DNA of 63,950 bases, filler included, from Platydemus manokwari (Eukaryota), in the NCBI GenBank assembly GCA_037951405.1. It is 6 parts of 6 records of this genome, joined end to end, with 100 filler letters (N's around TTAATTAATTAA, not from the genome) between each part and the next. Parts side by side here need not be neighbours in the genome. Positions count along the whole stretch, not along the records: positions 41,012 to 54,822 come from JBBMOY011614740.1; positions 54,923 to 63,950 come from JBBMOY011311983.1; 4 more parts are not named here. The stretch is one strand, 5' to 3'. Below the pieces are notes generated by a model. The model saw nothing but the letters and a program-made list of their open reading frames with translations. It did not search any database and was not told the DNA's origin. Shown here piece by piece: positions 47,801-62,500 of this stretch (position 1 is its first letter; each line of letters opens with the position of its first letter). Position numbers and translations under genes: made by a program.

Positions 47801-49310
47801 TTCGAACTTCATTTGTTCCTACTGCCCGTCAATGTGTTAAGAAAATATCGACATCATTTATAGTTCGGTACTACTCTTTCTGGTTTGCTAACAAACCTTA
47901 CAGCTAGCAATGCAGTTATTGCAATTAAAAAATGCTAACAACTGTCCAATCAATAATATGGTAGATATTTATGTTCTTGAAACTCTACTATCATGAAACA
48001 TATTATCAGTTTATATTTCTGTTCTGTATGATTGCAAATTTCTCTATACGACAATTCACAATTCTAATAAAATTATTACAAAAAATATTGTTCATCATTA
48101 AATTTATAAAATTACTATTTTTAATCGACTTCAACAGTGTCTGAGAATCAAACACCGAAAAACTCTCATACCAGTTTCCGGACTCCATGGTGATATGCGA
48201 TTTATCATTTAGTTTTTCATTTGTCGGATTTTTCATTTTTTATCGCTACTGTTGACTCGTATTATTTGATTTTATTTATTTTTATTGCATAAAATACACT
48301 ATTCCCACTGTTCTCTTCAGACCATGACCAGATCGGTGACTTTGAGATCCACATCTCTGTCTTACGAAAATATTTGTATTTCATTATTCCGTGTTCCATG
48401 ACTACTATTATTGATTGAAAAATAAATTCCATAAATTACAATCGATAATTTACTCTTTGAAGTTCATTGATTTATTAATAACCCAATATAATTCGTTTAC
48501 AACCGACAATCTCAATTTCAATCATTAATTACAATTATGTTGAATGGAACCGATTTGACAAACGAGGGGTTAGTTTATCCCGTTGATAACACGAATACCT
48601 TTTCCCAACTCAAAAAATTGAAACGTATATGTTTCAAGATCTTAACATCTCTAAAATTAATCGAACACATTAAATAAATTTTTACCAGACGAAAAGAGTT
48701 TTCTCCGAAGAAATATTCGAATATCAAGATAGACTTTATGAGAAAGCTATTCGTTGATATCAGTTTTGTGTTATTTGGCCTTATTTTGAATCGGCTTATA
48801 CAGTAATATTCTGTGTGGATTTCTAGCATAAACCCAAATATTTTTCACTTCTAATATTTCCAATTGTTTTCATTAAAGTCTTTCTTACACATTCTTACAA
48901 ATCGGAAATTATAGGCAACCATTTCATTGTATTCGACTCTTATTTCGCATGATTTTATTAAAATTTTGCTCATTATATTGTTCCCTATACAATAACTGAC
49001 TACATTTTACATCGCCGATATTTTCTTTAATCTGGTAATTTTACAGAACCTAATTAATAATAACCATAATTATCTAATATTTTAATATCTACTGACTTAA
49101 ATAATCAGACAATGTCAAAAATGTCAAAGAAATAAGCAGATGTTCGAGAGATTATTCAGTGCCAACAGACCAGAATCATAGGTAATCGGTATTTTGAGAG
49201 ATTAGGCAGCCTACCTACTCAATCCATACAGAATGCTTGCTGGCGACTCTATACTGTCTTATTTAATGTAATTGGCTCGTTTGGTTGTTAGCAACTGTAC
49301 AAATCATCAA

Positions 49311-49760
49311 AAAACCATTACCAACCAGCCTTTTGTTTTCAGTGGTTGTCAATGCCCATATTATTAGATTCGAAATATTCTTTTGGTTCTTTGTAAATGT
49401 GTGGATATTCTTTGAATTATATTATAGACTGTGTTGTCTTCATTGGCTACCCCTTAAGGATTAAACAATTGACAATCTCATCGAGTTGCCCAAGGATAGA
49501 CCGGTTTTGTAGTCCTTTTTAATCACTGATATATGTTCAATCATATACCTTATACATAAAACCAAAAAATCATTATCAACCAGCCTTTTGTTTTTATTGG
49601 GTGTCAATGTCCACACACTTTAACTCGAAATATTCCTTTGGCTCTTTAAAATATGTGGATATTCTTTGAATGATATGGTAAACAGAATTGTCTTCACAAT
49701 CCTCCTCATAAAATTAAACAATTGACAATCCCATTGAGTTGTCCACCGATAGACCGGTTT
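49311..49760. repeat. Diverged ~200-bp direct duplication (49311-49508 and 49565-49760)
   Basis: Shared AACCAGCCTTTTGTTTT, TGTGGATATTCTTTGAAT, TTAAACAATTGACAATC and GATAGACCGGTTT. Confidence 0.85.
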
Positions 49761-52700
49761 ATATGCCTTATATAGAAAATCTATAATAAATAATGAATAT
49801 TGAATAAATCATTAATATAACGTAAATAAACTACTGAATTCAGTTAATTATATCAATATAATTTTTCCAGTAAAATATCTATCTATATATCGTTTGATTT
49901 TCAAAATCATCTTATATATTTATTTATTCGAGATTAATATATTTATATTATTTCAATCTCACAAAACAATTTCATTAACCTGTTGTCGAATAAATCAATC
50001 GAAAAGAATTTCGGTCAATTAGAGTTTGCATTTGCTAATCGTATCGATGTACCTCATCTTTAAAATGTGGATTTATTGATTGGATGATTAATTCGACAAT
50101 TTAAACTTTCCTATGAGACAGCTGATCTCATTGAAATCTTTCTGAGAGTAGGGCTTTTGTTTAATTTAATTTGATGTTTAGAATTTTTAAACAAACAATT
50201 AGAAGAGCAATTGATTTAATATTTGATTGAATCATTTCGTTTTTTTTTCGATTAATTTTGTGCCCCATTGCATGTTGATAAATTTGCGCAATGATTTTCG
50301 ATCAATTGGTTTTTTGAGAATTGTATTGGTGATGGAAAATCGATATTTCAATCCAAAAATACTAGGAATTTGTCTTTTTGAGTTAAAATGCCTTTTTGGT
50401 CACCATCAATATATGATGTGCATTCCAACCAAATAATTCATTCTCCCAACATAGCTTCAGCTTTGTCTGCATAGACATCGACAAAAACTATTCATCACAA
50501 CATCTAATTTATAAGAAATTCAACAACGTTAAAGAAAACATCTTAAGATTCGTGAACTCTTCCAAAACAGAATAAAATAATTATGTTTTAACGTAAAGAA
50601 AGTTTTTAGCAGGATGATGTTTTGGGGGTGCCTCTGGTAATGATGTTTAATCCCAACATTGGGTAATTTGACTGTTTCCTAGCAGTTAGTTCTCTGTTTT
50701 GATAAGAGGAAAAGTTTTACTATTAATATGTCTAGCTTGAAACTTTGATAAGGCAATCAAAATATGGAGCTTCTGCCAAATGCATCAATTATTAATTCCA
50801 ACTCTGCACACTATTTTATTAAGCTTGTTTTCTGCTGTACGATATAAATCGATAAATACTACGTGCCGGGTTTTCAATTTAGTCATACTTATGACGACTT
50901 AGCCTTAATTTTACTTTTAATGAAATAAATGGAACTTCTTTCTAATAGATTATGGTGTTCACCTATTGCAGATTCTTGGTTTTGTTTTGTATTGTTTTTC
51001 GTTAAATTGATCTTTTCTTATATAGTCTTCGATTTATTGACGTTGATTCTATTTTAGTTCTTCTAAGAAGTATTTTGAAGCTTTTCTATATTTATTTATG
51101 ACATTATTTATTTCATTATATAATGTCGCTCTATCTGCCTTCTTTTGCTCAGAAACATTAGTATTATTAAATCACAAAATTTTTAAGATTGCAAAACAAT
51201 GCTTGATCAAAACCATCGGAATCAACAATATTAGATAAAAAGCTAAAATTCTTGATAAAATACAATCATTATATATTCTATGAAAGGATTAAATAATTAT
51301 ATCATTAACTAGCCCCCAATAAATGTATGTCTAAAACTAACGTTTGTTAAAGACTATTAATAATTTGTAGTTGTTTTAATGTTAGTTGGTTTTTAGATGT
51401 GATTTTCATAGGATAAGAATTTCAATGACTGATGGCTTGCGGTTTCTAAATAGAGGGTTTTTGAAATGGCAAATTATTTAGTATTTCAGGTTGGTTATAA
51501 ATACTTTAATAATTAATTGGTCATGTGAGGCTGTGTTAATTGAATATGAGATTAAATGGGAATTGACTTCTACTTCTGAGGGGGTTTTTGGTTTTGTGTA
51601 AAAAATTGAGAAATTCTATTTGGTTGGATTAGAGCTAATAATAAATTTAATATCGAGCAATGGAACAAAAAATTTACCAGAAACCGAAACATAACAATTA
51701 AATTTTTTTAAAATATAATTATCTTAATCTTTCTAATGACGTAATAGTGTCCAATGAGCATCAATATTCTATTGGACATTTTATCATTTTTCCTCTAATT
51801 TAAGAATCGTCAAAATGTCTGTGACAACAATTGTTCGAACTTATCAAATCGTAATCTCGTAATTGAAATCAAATTTTGGTTCCGTATTTATCATATATAT
51901 GATAAAATTTAAATATTTTAGTCATTTTCTGCTTAGTCTAGGCCATCGCTAAATTAATTTATTTTCTAATAATAATTTCTCATTTTCATTACATATTTAT
52001 TAGGCATTGTATGATGCTGTTATTTGTCTGTTTGAGTTCGTTATTCCAATAACATTAACGTGTAAAAGCCGAATATTATAGGTGAGAAAAACAATTTTTA
52101 AATAATATTCCCACTTATATTAATCTATGAAAAACCCTACTGAGCCCGCTCAATAAATAAATACCAAATTAATTGTGTTTTGAATTCTGACATATTTAGA
52201 TAAATATTTCGAATGGTATACCATCTGCGAAATATTGAAGAATTATACCGCCATTTATCTCTTTTCTAAAATATTTGCTAGCTCTATATGATGTATTTTT
52301 CCTTTCAATAAAAGCTCTAACATCTTTATCAAATGATATTATTAGAGCAGTTTATTTTATATTTTTATAATTCCAAAATAGAAATTGAATTTTATGAAAA
52401 ATTTCTTTTCAAATCAGAAAATAAAAATAAATTAATAAAAGATAGCTTTAGTTTAATTAAATACTTTTAATTAAATCATTTTGAATTTTAATGTTTAATT
52501 AGAATTTTAAAACAGTTCTCAATAATTAATTAATATTGAAACCAATTTTTCAAAAAGATCTTTTATTTGAATAACTTGTCAAAGTAGGTGAAATTTAAAT
52601 TTATTGAAAATTAGAGAGGATTGCATTTTTAATATCAAAAGCAAATTGAGAGATAATTTATAATTTTAGAATCATTTCGTAAAACCAAGTATTATATTAG

Positions 52701-54543
52701 AATTTTAAAATTTCGAAAATTAAAAATACATTTCAGTTTTTACAAAATCAAAAAATATTGAAGAACAAATTTATTATTACATAAAATTTGTTGATATCTC
52801 GACTGCTTCTTATTTGCACTTCAAGGCAAATAATGATAATATTATAGGTGGAAACGATAAGATGAAGGAAAAATTAACTTTAACAGTTTATATTTGGTTG
52901 ATAATGCATATTGCCAGATAAATTGTTTGTAATTTTTATATTAAGTCTTACAGATGTCTTCCAAGGCACTGTCATTGATTCAAATTGCTTCATTGGAGCC
53001 CAAAACTGAGATATTCAAAACCATGATAACAAGGAACTATAAATTCCTAAAATTCTGATATAAGATTAGATAAATCTTACAAAACATAATTAAATTATAA
53101 AATTTCTTCATACGTGATAACAATCCTAATCAAAATAAGTCAAATATTTTTATTCTATATTTGAATTTTGAATTTATTGATTGAAATATTCCGATAATAA
53201 TGTTAATGACAACAGTCGATAAATGAATTGGATAGAAAATAATCTCAACTCTTTTAAATTGAAATTGAATCTAGTTCTGTTGAGTGAAAACTGAAGGTCA
53301 TTAATAACAAGAAAATATATTAATCATAAATAAATTATATTAATTAATTAATTTAATAACAACTTAGTGGTTATATGTATATAATAAAAAAAATATAAAA
53401 TCACTCGATTCAATATGAGAAATATTAATTAAGCTACTTTATAAAATTATTTTGGAATTTCAACTCAACTCCTAAGATGGAACGGGGGGCGAATATGAAG
53501 TCTATATTTGCAATTAAGTCTGACGGAGTTGATTAATGTGCAAACATGATAATGACTAATTAAACAAAACGAATGCTTAGTCAGATTCCAGCTCATCAAG
53601 GATTTGTGAAGAGGAATGGAGACTGTTCACCAAGGATGGTAACAAGAGATCGCTTAAGAACAACGATATAGTGTTGTTTACCCATCTAACATCTAAATTA
53701 GAATTATCAACTTGTCAGCCAGAGATTTTTTTGACGATATCAGAGAAAAAAACATGACAATAGATTATTTAAAATGAATTATTCAGTATTTTTTTGCTGA
53801 TTATTTCTGCTGGATTATTTTCTTGGAATTTCACTGGCGTTATCGTATCCCATTCACATTGGATCGATGAAATCCGAAAATAAACTGAGATCCTCCCACT
53901 AGATTTATCATTGTTTACCAACTGAATTGGAAAACTTTCGAAAAAAATTTAATAAAAACACAAGGAACAAGATGATTTTTATCAAAATATTTTTCTAAAT
54001 GATTTCATCAGAAACTATAAAAAAGAAATTTTTGAAAACTAAATATGATTTGATTTGGAATTTTTTAAAAGAATTTTAATAAAGTGAAACGAGATATTTA
54101 ATTAGATAGCTGGATATACAGCTAATTAAGTTGATGTTTCGCTTTGCACTTGTATAACTATTAAGATAAATGACTAAATTTCGATTTACTATTTGAGATA
54201 AACCAATATTCGAGTTTGTATGTTATCTGTTTTGACTCAACAGTTACATATCAATCAGGAAATTATTGAAAATTGTTATTGTTTATCTTAAAATTAATTA
54301 GAACAAATTATCTACTAAAAATCTTTTATTTTTATAAAGTTCTTAAATTATAAATCTTTATACTTGTTTTCAAAATCGCCGCTATTATTAGATCTTGTTT
54401 ATAAAATTATATTTGATATTTTATTCTCAATGAATCAATATTTTTATTTGTTATCCCTCACTATGAAAGCAGTGAAGTTAGTCAATTACCATGAAGCACT
54501 TTATTAGCATTTTAAAAAAATATATAATTAATCTTATCGTTTT

Positions 54544-54794
54544 AGTGGACCAAAGGAATGGCCGCTACCAAAATCTCCAGACCTCACGATATTGAACTTT
54601 TGGTTATGGAGCTTTATAAAAGATCGTGTTTGTACAGTCCATAACAATTATACAACGCTCGACAAACTTGAAGAAACAATTTCGCATGAATTAATAAACA
54701 TTGATCAAGAAGTCGTCGTGAATGTTATTCAAGCTTCAAGAAACGAAACAATCTCTGTTTGGAGCAAGATGATGAAGATTTTGAACAGTTATGA
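54544..54794 (+). mobile_element. Tc1/mariner-superfamily transposase C-terminal relic
   Basis: GPKEWPLPKSPDLTILNFWLWSFIKDRV...TLDKLEETI, then after a frameshift KRNNLCLEQDDEDFEQL*; resembles WPPRSPDLxPxDFxLWGxxKxxV. Confidence 0.8.
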
Positions 54795-54822
54795 AATTTC
54801 TTATTATTTACCGTTTTTTGTT

Positions 54823-54922
54823 NNNNNNNNNNNNNNNNNNNNNNNNNNNNNNNNNNNNNNNNNNNNTTAATTAATTAANNNNNNNNNNNNNNNNNNNNNN
54901 NNNNNNNNNNNNNNNNNNNNNN
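54823..54922. other. Artificial contig linker
   Basis: N44-TTAATTAATTAA-N44. Confidence 0.99.
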
Positions 54923-55118
54923 TTGAAAATTTAACATAAAAATTTCGAATTTAACTAATTTTGTTAAATATTGAATTCTTTCATAAATAATTGGTAATCG
55001 AAAGTACTTTGTTTGACTACGTTAATGTTTGTTTAATTTGTTAATTCATATTTAAAATAAAATGATTATATATATTTATTTTCAAGAATTGAATATTTAA
55101 TTAAGTAGATTTTTTAGA

Positions 55119-58100
55119 ATGGCAAGTGAATCATTAGCTTTCTCAAATCCCTCAATCCCAAATGATGTTCCTGATGACCTTGTACTACCATCTAAAAAGT
55201 TATCAAATAGTGATTTTAGAACCATTTTGAATACCCCTAAACCTTCAAATTGGAGTAAAGATGAACCTAAACCACAACACACTATGTTACCACCTAAAAA
55301 GGTATCAGAAGTTGAGAAAAAGAAAAAGATTAAAAAGCATAAACCTAAAAAAGTTGAAACGAGTCAAGAGAAACCTCAAAAATCAATATCTACCCCATAC
55401 AGAGACAGAGCGAAAGAACGTCGAGAAGGTAAAATGCCAGAATCCGATGAATCTGAATCTACATTAAACGGTCAATATAAAGCAGTGTCAGCTAATAAAT
55501 CAGAAAATATAGCACAAGCAGAAAACAGACGTCAACAAATTGAAGAGTCGAAATTTCTTGGAGGTGACATGAAACATACTCATCTTGTTAAAGGCCTCGA
55601 TTATGTGTTGTTGGAAAAGGCTAGACATGATATCGACACCAAAGAAAGAGAAGCTGTTCTAAAAGCAGAAAAGGCTAATTTAGAAAGAAAAAAGTTAATG
55701 AGTGACGGAACTATTCAAAATCCAATGTGTAAAAAAATATTTCGCATATTATTTGAAAAACAAGTTCCTCAGAGAAATCAAAATTTTTATCCGGGAAAAA
55801 TGGCCTACCGTATTGATTTAGAAGATGAATATGGTGAATTCGATGTTCCTGCAACGGTTCACAGAAGTTCAATGGAGTGCCCAAGAATTGATGATCATGC
55901 CGGTGGTTTATCGAGCAATCAAAAAGTAATAAATAGTCTGACCAATATTTTATCATATCTACGGGGTGAACGTAAACAAGCTAAGAAAGCGAAACAAAAA
56001 TTCAAAACCGAAGATATGGAACCAAGAGATGTTGGAAAAGGTTATTTCATTATTCTTTTAATAATTAGCTTTGTCTATAAATTTAATTTTAATACAAGAA
56101 AATATATTTTCTGTATTTTTCAAATTTCATTTCACGACTTGAAACCATAGAAATAGTGTAGAGAATTAAATTATTTGGATTTCTAAATTCTTAATGATTA
56201 TTTTAAGAATGATTTTAAATTTATGAACAGATATGGTTTTCTTAATCGAAGAATTAAATTACTCAATTCTCATTGGTTGATTTATAATTGCGTATTTATT
56301 TATTATATTTGTTAGAATATTAAAACAAGTTTTGAATTATTTATTGTGTCCGAATAATATTAAAAATATTAAATGCAAATTTATTAATTTTTATTATTTA
56401 TAATAGGTGATAATAATGTTGATATAATAAAAGTTTAGAAATTATTATTATATTTCCGTAGAGTTATTAAAAGAATTTTTAATGTTAACAATTAGTAAAA
56501 ATGCCCGATGAAACATAATTTCTGTGATTAGTTATATTTTATATTGTAATAATTTCACACAAAAACCCAATAATAAAAAAATCGTTAGTTGAGGTCTTCC
56601 TTTTAAAGTCCAAATAATCATATAAATTAATTTTATATTGTGCACGAATTTGAATGTGTGACCGAAGAAACCATCTTATATTATGCCCATCTACCAATAT
56701 TTATAATAAAAATTTTATTATTCTATTATTTGCTTTTACTAAATTCTTCAATCTATTTCTGCAATATATTCTGTTATTTGATTTTATACAAAATATTCAT
56801 CAATTTTCTCATTCGTTTTAAATATGAAAAATTTCTCGACATTTTCAAAGAATTCAAATCAATAAAAATCAGTGCCAGCCAATTTTCAAAGGTCCATATT
56901 TGATACTTTTAGCCTCTTTATAACAATTCTGAAATTATAAGAATTCGTCTGATTAAATTTTATCCACAATAATTTTTAATTGATCTTTGAAGGATTTGAT
57001 TATAAAAATTTCTTAAGGTCGAGCTATCCCTAGTTCTAGCAATCTTAATATCTTTCTCTGAATGACACTCTGTAGCATTTGTTTTGCAATAATTTACCTG
57101 AATAATTAGATTGATTTTCTTTGTGTATTTTCTCATTTTTCGGATATTCATTTAGGCAGCATATTTAGTCATGAATCCCTCAACTATTATGCTATAAACA
57201 TTGTATTGGAAATTTCACATCTGTGATGATATCAGTTAATAGTTTTGTTAAAAATGTAATATGGTTTATGACAGGAAGGTCTTTTATAATCTTTTACTTA
57301 ACTGGACTCCGACAGATAAAAGTTGTTGCAATTTAATTCTCGGATATAATTAAAATAATATTAAAAATATAAATCTGAAATATAAAAATAAAAAAACAAT
57401 AAAATATATTTAATTAATTGAAATAATTTTAAAACACTAGCAGATAATAAAAAAATTATATAAACTCAGTATCTTCAGTGAAAATAAAGGGCGTGCTGCT
57501 TAGGCGCTTGGACAAGCCATTGTGAAAAACAAAAAAATACCACATTAAAATAACACTAAGTCTGCAGTTAATTATTACGCAAACAATAAAAAATTTACTC
57601 ATTCCAAAATATATCTTCTGGATAATTTGGTTTGGAATAAAATTCACACTGACAACGTATAAGGAATAATAAAAAAATTCGTCTGAATAGATGTCTAAAT
57701 AATATTGTAGGTTAAGATATGTAATAACAATTTTGTGTACTCATAATGTTGTGCTGGAAAAATTTTGCGTAAATTATTGTGTATGAAATGACTAGTGACA
57801 CTCGATTATATGCTATTTGCATATTTTATGCATCATGAAACTAATTTTGGTAACATTCTATGTTTAGTATCATGTATTACTATCTTTAGTGTTTGTAGGA
57901 TGTATGTTACTATTTTAATGACCATAGCTGTACATAGTAGCATTTGTAGCCATTGTATTTTTGGACATGACTTAACTTCTATTTTTAGATTTTGAATCTT
58001 AGTTATGGCCTTGAGGTCGATTAAACAATTTTAATTTTTATGCGTTAAAATAAATTTTAAAAATTCGATGAATATTTTTTTTATAAAATTTAGTTTTATT

Positions 58101-59057
58101 CTTATTTTATTTAAAAAAAGATTTTGTACTTATGTTTATAATTATTTGGTTGCTCGGATGGTTCGGATGGTTCCTGCCGTTTATATAAAATGTTAACAAT
58201 GCCTTATTATATATAATTAATTCAACTTTATATGGTTTCATATTGTTTCAATTTGTTGCTTCCGGATATCCAAAATTATGAATAACAGATGAGAATTATT
58301 TGATCAAACAGAAACTAATTAGAAAAATTATACTTGTTTAATAATCAATAATTTATCATTTACAGATTACGATATGTTCGCTGATTTACCGGAAATTAAT
58401 AGGAATAAAAAATCCAATGATGATAAATCGAAAAAATCGAATGATAAAATTCGTTCGATACATGATAATAATGATAGAAAACATGATAAAGATTTGAAAA
58501 ATCGATATTTTGATAAACCGGAAGATGAAAATATAATCATGGATTCTCTTGAACAAATGAAACAAACGATGAGAGGTCTGGAAAAGAAAAATGCTGACAA
58601 AAAAAGCCAAGAAGATGTAATTTCATTGCTGTTTAATGAGGATTGGTGTTATTTATATTTAATATATTAGCATGTGGTAAAATATCTGAAACAAAAGACT
58701 CAATCTAATGGCTATGAGGAATGTTATCCGGAACATTTGGAATCGTTTGATGCTATGGGCGATTCAGATGATGAAACAGATTATACGAAAATGGATATGG
58801 GCAACAAGAAAGGTCCAGTTGGTCGATGGGATTTTGAGAGTCAAGAAGATTACAGTAAATACATGTCCAATAAGGAAGCTCTTCCGAAAGCTGCTTTCCA
58901 ATATGGTGTTAAAATGGCCGATGGACGCAGAACGAGGCGAATACATGCTAAGGATGATAAAGCAGCCCACGAAAGAGAATGGAAACAAATCCAGGATTTG
59001 TGGAAAAATCGATCCAGTGGACTCGGTGAACCGGATGCGAAGAAAGCAAAATTCTGA
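55119..59057 (+). CDS. IK: Spliceosomal protein RED (IK/SMU-2 ortholog), 3 exons, 519 aa
   Basis: Exons 55119-56040, 58366-58616 and 58671-59057 join in frame; motifs LSNSDFR, YRDRAKERREG, SKFLGGDMKHTHLVKGLDY, YEECYP, DYTKMDMGNKKGPVGRWDF and KEALPKAAFQYGVKMADGR. Confidence 0.93.
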
Positions 59058-60641
59058 TTATTGGGGTTGATTGGGAAATATTTTGTAAATATAATTATCT
59101 TAGTTTTTGTTTATTGATGATTTGTTGGATTTATTATCAGCTTTGCAAAGATTTCTGATTGGATAATTTTTAACAAATAAATATGGATTGTTTTCAACAT
59201 GCTGTTTATTGCACAATATCTACTTGTTGATTGATATCTCAGTGATGGAGAGATGTGAACGTGTGTGTGTGTGCAATATGAAAATGATTATCAATTGGCG
59301 GTTATTTAAAATGAATTTTTATCGACATGTAAATCTTATTGGTCATGACTTTTGTTATTCACTCCTAAAGGATAACAATTTTTTAATGGTTTTTAAGTTA
59401 CTATGGCTTCCACGGACTTTCAGACTATCCTTTGTGTAGAAATGCTGTCATGTTCGTTTTTTGCAGTATGTTTAATAGAAACATGAGATGATATTTTCAT
59501 GTGAAATTTTTAGATTTGATATCATGATTAAACTTATGAAAATCATTGACGATGCAATATTGGTAATGATGGCCCAATTGTTAAGATTTCCTGCAATTTT
59601 ATTAAAGGAATTATTATATATAATATAAGAATATAATGTCGGTTAAATTAGAACTATTTTATCCATTCTTTTTTATAAACCTAAGTTGAGGCGTTGGAAT
59701 TTGAAAGCATTTAAAAACAATCGAAAAAGCCTTAGTTAATCAATTGACTAATTATGTAATCGACATGATATTGGGCTTATGACAAAATAAAGTATAATTT
59801 TCGATGATCTACATGAAAAATTTAGTGTATGTTAGTAGTAATTATTTATTATATCTTTATTATCTTTAATTTGATCTATATCTTATATCATAATATGACT
59901 ACAAGATGGTGGTAATAGCAATACAATATTTAGGAAATTAGTTTTCTAAAATAATATTTATAAAATACAATATTGAATACTTATAATACTTCAGCCATGT
60001 TTAATAATCAAAATAATAAAATTTGATAATATCTTCAAAACACGTTAAAATTTCCTTTGTAATAAATTAATTTATAAAATAACATTAACAAATAACCTGT
60101 AACGTTTTAACGAGCAATTCCATTAATAAAATTCCATTAATAATAGCGCATAATAGATGTTGGCACTTTGAATAAATTTGATCGTAGAATAAAATAAGAG
60201 AGTCGAATAATCACAGAGAAATACTCTACCACAAAAGAATTACAACGTATTAAATATAAATCCGGAGCATTAAATAAATAATCGCAGAGAATATCAATGT
60301 CTATATAAGGCATAAGTCAATTTTTCTATTGACAATTGTTGCATACGAAATCAAAGAACAGTTTATAGTCAGACGGATTTGTTCGAAAATGGATGTATCG
60401 TAAATATATCAAATAAATGAAAATAAATAAATTATTTTACCAATTTCTTCTTAAATTACATAATACGTGTAACACTTGATCCAAAATTAAAATACCCTAG
60501 ATTGGAATAGTTTTTACACTTAAAAATTTGATGGAAGATGGTTTTATTATAATTTAACTAGTAAATAATCCAAACCGAATGAAATTATATTTAGTTTACT
60601 AATAATGTTACATTTATCTAATAAAATACTGAATAAATAAA

Positions 60642-61223
60642 TCACTCATCAATATCTTCATCTATAAAGTTTTGTTCAAAAAATGACTGGAAAGATCTCA
60701 AGTAATCTTGAACGTCTTGGTGAAACATTGAAAGCCTTAAACCGCACTCTAATATCAAAAATAATGTTTCCAAATAATGTGCTACACATTGAATCACACA
60801 CGATGCCTCTAAATAACTAGCATGTTGACTGGCTTTCATTCTTCCTTGGGTACAAGTGTATAGCAACAAATTCCTATGTTGAGGCATCATGATTGTGTAA
60901 AAGAATTTCCTTGAAGGATTGAATACATCCACCCAAGCATCAATAAAAACAATAACTTCCGTAAAAATATCATTTAAATTTAAAAAATCATTTTCATTTT
61001 CACTGTATTTATCCATCATAAATGTCACTATTTCGGCTTTTTTTCTGATAATTTCCACAAATGTTTTGTGATCCAATCCATCAATAATTGATATATTATT
61101 ACCTTCATCATTATTTTTCATAGTCTTATTAACTTTATCTGTACTGTTTGAGAAGTTTTCGTGTGATTTAAATTTTTTAGCCGGTGGTTCAGTTGATATA
61201 AAATTTTCATTCATTGTCGTCAT
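60642..61223 (-). CDS. Hypothetical intronless protein with NLS-like PPAKKFK
   Basis: 193-aa open frame in very AT-rich DNA; helical-looking core and acidic C-terminus. Confidence 0.55.
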   Translation of the reverse strand: MTTMNENFISTEPPAKKFKSHENFSNSTDKVNKTMKNNDEGNNISIIDGLDHKTFVEIIRKKAEIVTFMMDKYSENENDFLNLNDIFTEVIVFIDAWVDVFNPSRKFFYTIMMPQHRNLLLYTCTQGRMKASQHASYLEASCVIQCVAHYLETLFLILECGLRLSMFHQDVQDYLRSFQSFFEQNFIDEDIDE

Positions 61224-62347
61224 TATTCTATAATTGTGATCGATATAAATATAATATTATTTCATATTATTGTAATTTTATTTCATTCAATAAAACTATG
61301 TTTAGGTTTCAGATTATTTTGTCAAGTACTTTCAAAGTAACTTTCAATTACTTACGTTTACCAAGTAATTTGAGTTTAAAAAAATATGTTAGAAATAATT
61401 TAAATTCCATACACGAATAATTTATTGCAAACTCGATATCAACTAATATGATAATAAAACTCATGCATTCTGTCCAAGGACTATTAATAAAAAGATCAAA
61501 ATTTTTGAAAAATAGCATTCATAGTTGAAGTTCTCTATGTCTTATGAAATCGGCTGATGCCCAAACTCACGTATTTCGATGAAAAGGTGGAGTCATATTA
61601 AGTTTGTTTTAGTCTCTGTTGTTTGTCATATATCAAATTCATAATATCAATAAACGAACCATTGTTATTCCATAACAATCATTTATTACAACATTCAGAG
61701 AGAATAGATCGTTATATTCGGCTTACAATCGATTTAATCGGAAATTGATTAAGAACTTGTTAGTTCAAAATCTAACCATTTTTCAGTGTCTTGAATTGAT
61801 TCATTGGAATCAATAACTCCTGAGTTTTTTTGGGGCAGATTAACAAAAATGTTCTGCCTCTCTTGTTGTTTGGCTCTCGTAAGAGCATTTGTTTCGGCGT
61901 GGTTGCCAGTAAAAACATTGGTTGTTTCCATCAAAATTTATTGTTTAAAAAGTCACGCGTTTTTTGGAATATTTAAGCAAATCTAAGATTTATCTAACTG
62001 ATTGGATACACAGATAAAAAACCTTTCGATACTGTAATGACATAAATTTTTTTTATCCAAATCAAATAAATCGTATAGGTAGATATGCCATAAATATTTA
62101 AGAAGTTTCTTAATTCGAATATAGATTTGGTTCAACAATTCAATCTTGTCCCTTTTCGAAATTCTGAATAAGATATTTGTTGTGCACTGGGTTCACGCAG
62201 AAAGTATATTAGCAAATGACCTCCATAAGCAAACCAACAATCAACAAATGGTGAAAATTTCTATTAAAATAAAGCTAAGAATTTAAAATTATTTATTTAG
62301 GTACAAAATCCGTATATTCCATCCCTATGAAAAAATAGCTTGGCATA

Positions 62348-62500
62348 GAAAAAATAATTACAGGCCTGAGTATCGTCGTAGAAATTGACGAGGCCTATTT
62401 TGGAAGTGCCAAATACAATAGCGGACATCGAAGACATGGTATTTAAGTTGTTGAAAGATTAGAGAGATATAGAAAAAAAGAATTGTTTCTTCTTTATAGT
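62348..62500 (+). mobile_element. Merlin (IS1016/IS1595-like DDE) transposase relic
   Basis: GLSIVVEIDEAYFGSAKYNSGHRRHGI*VVERLER resembles the Merlin motif GxxVEIDESxFGKRKYNRGxxxxxxWVFGGxER; in-frame stop. Confidence 0.75.

Noticed and set aside
11695-54922. Regularly recurring TTAATTAATTAA flanked by N runs
   Set aside because: Assembly or concatenation linker with stops in all frames; not biological, and adjacency of phage and animal DNA is not evidence of integration or horizontal transfer.
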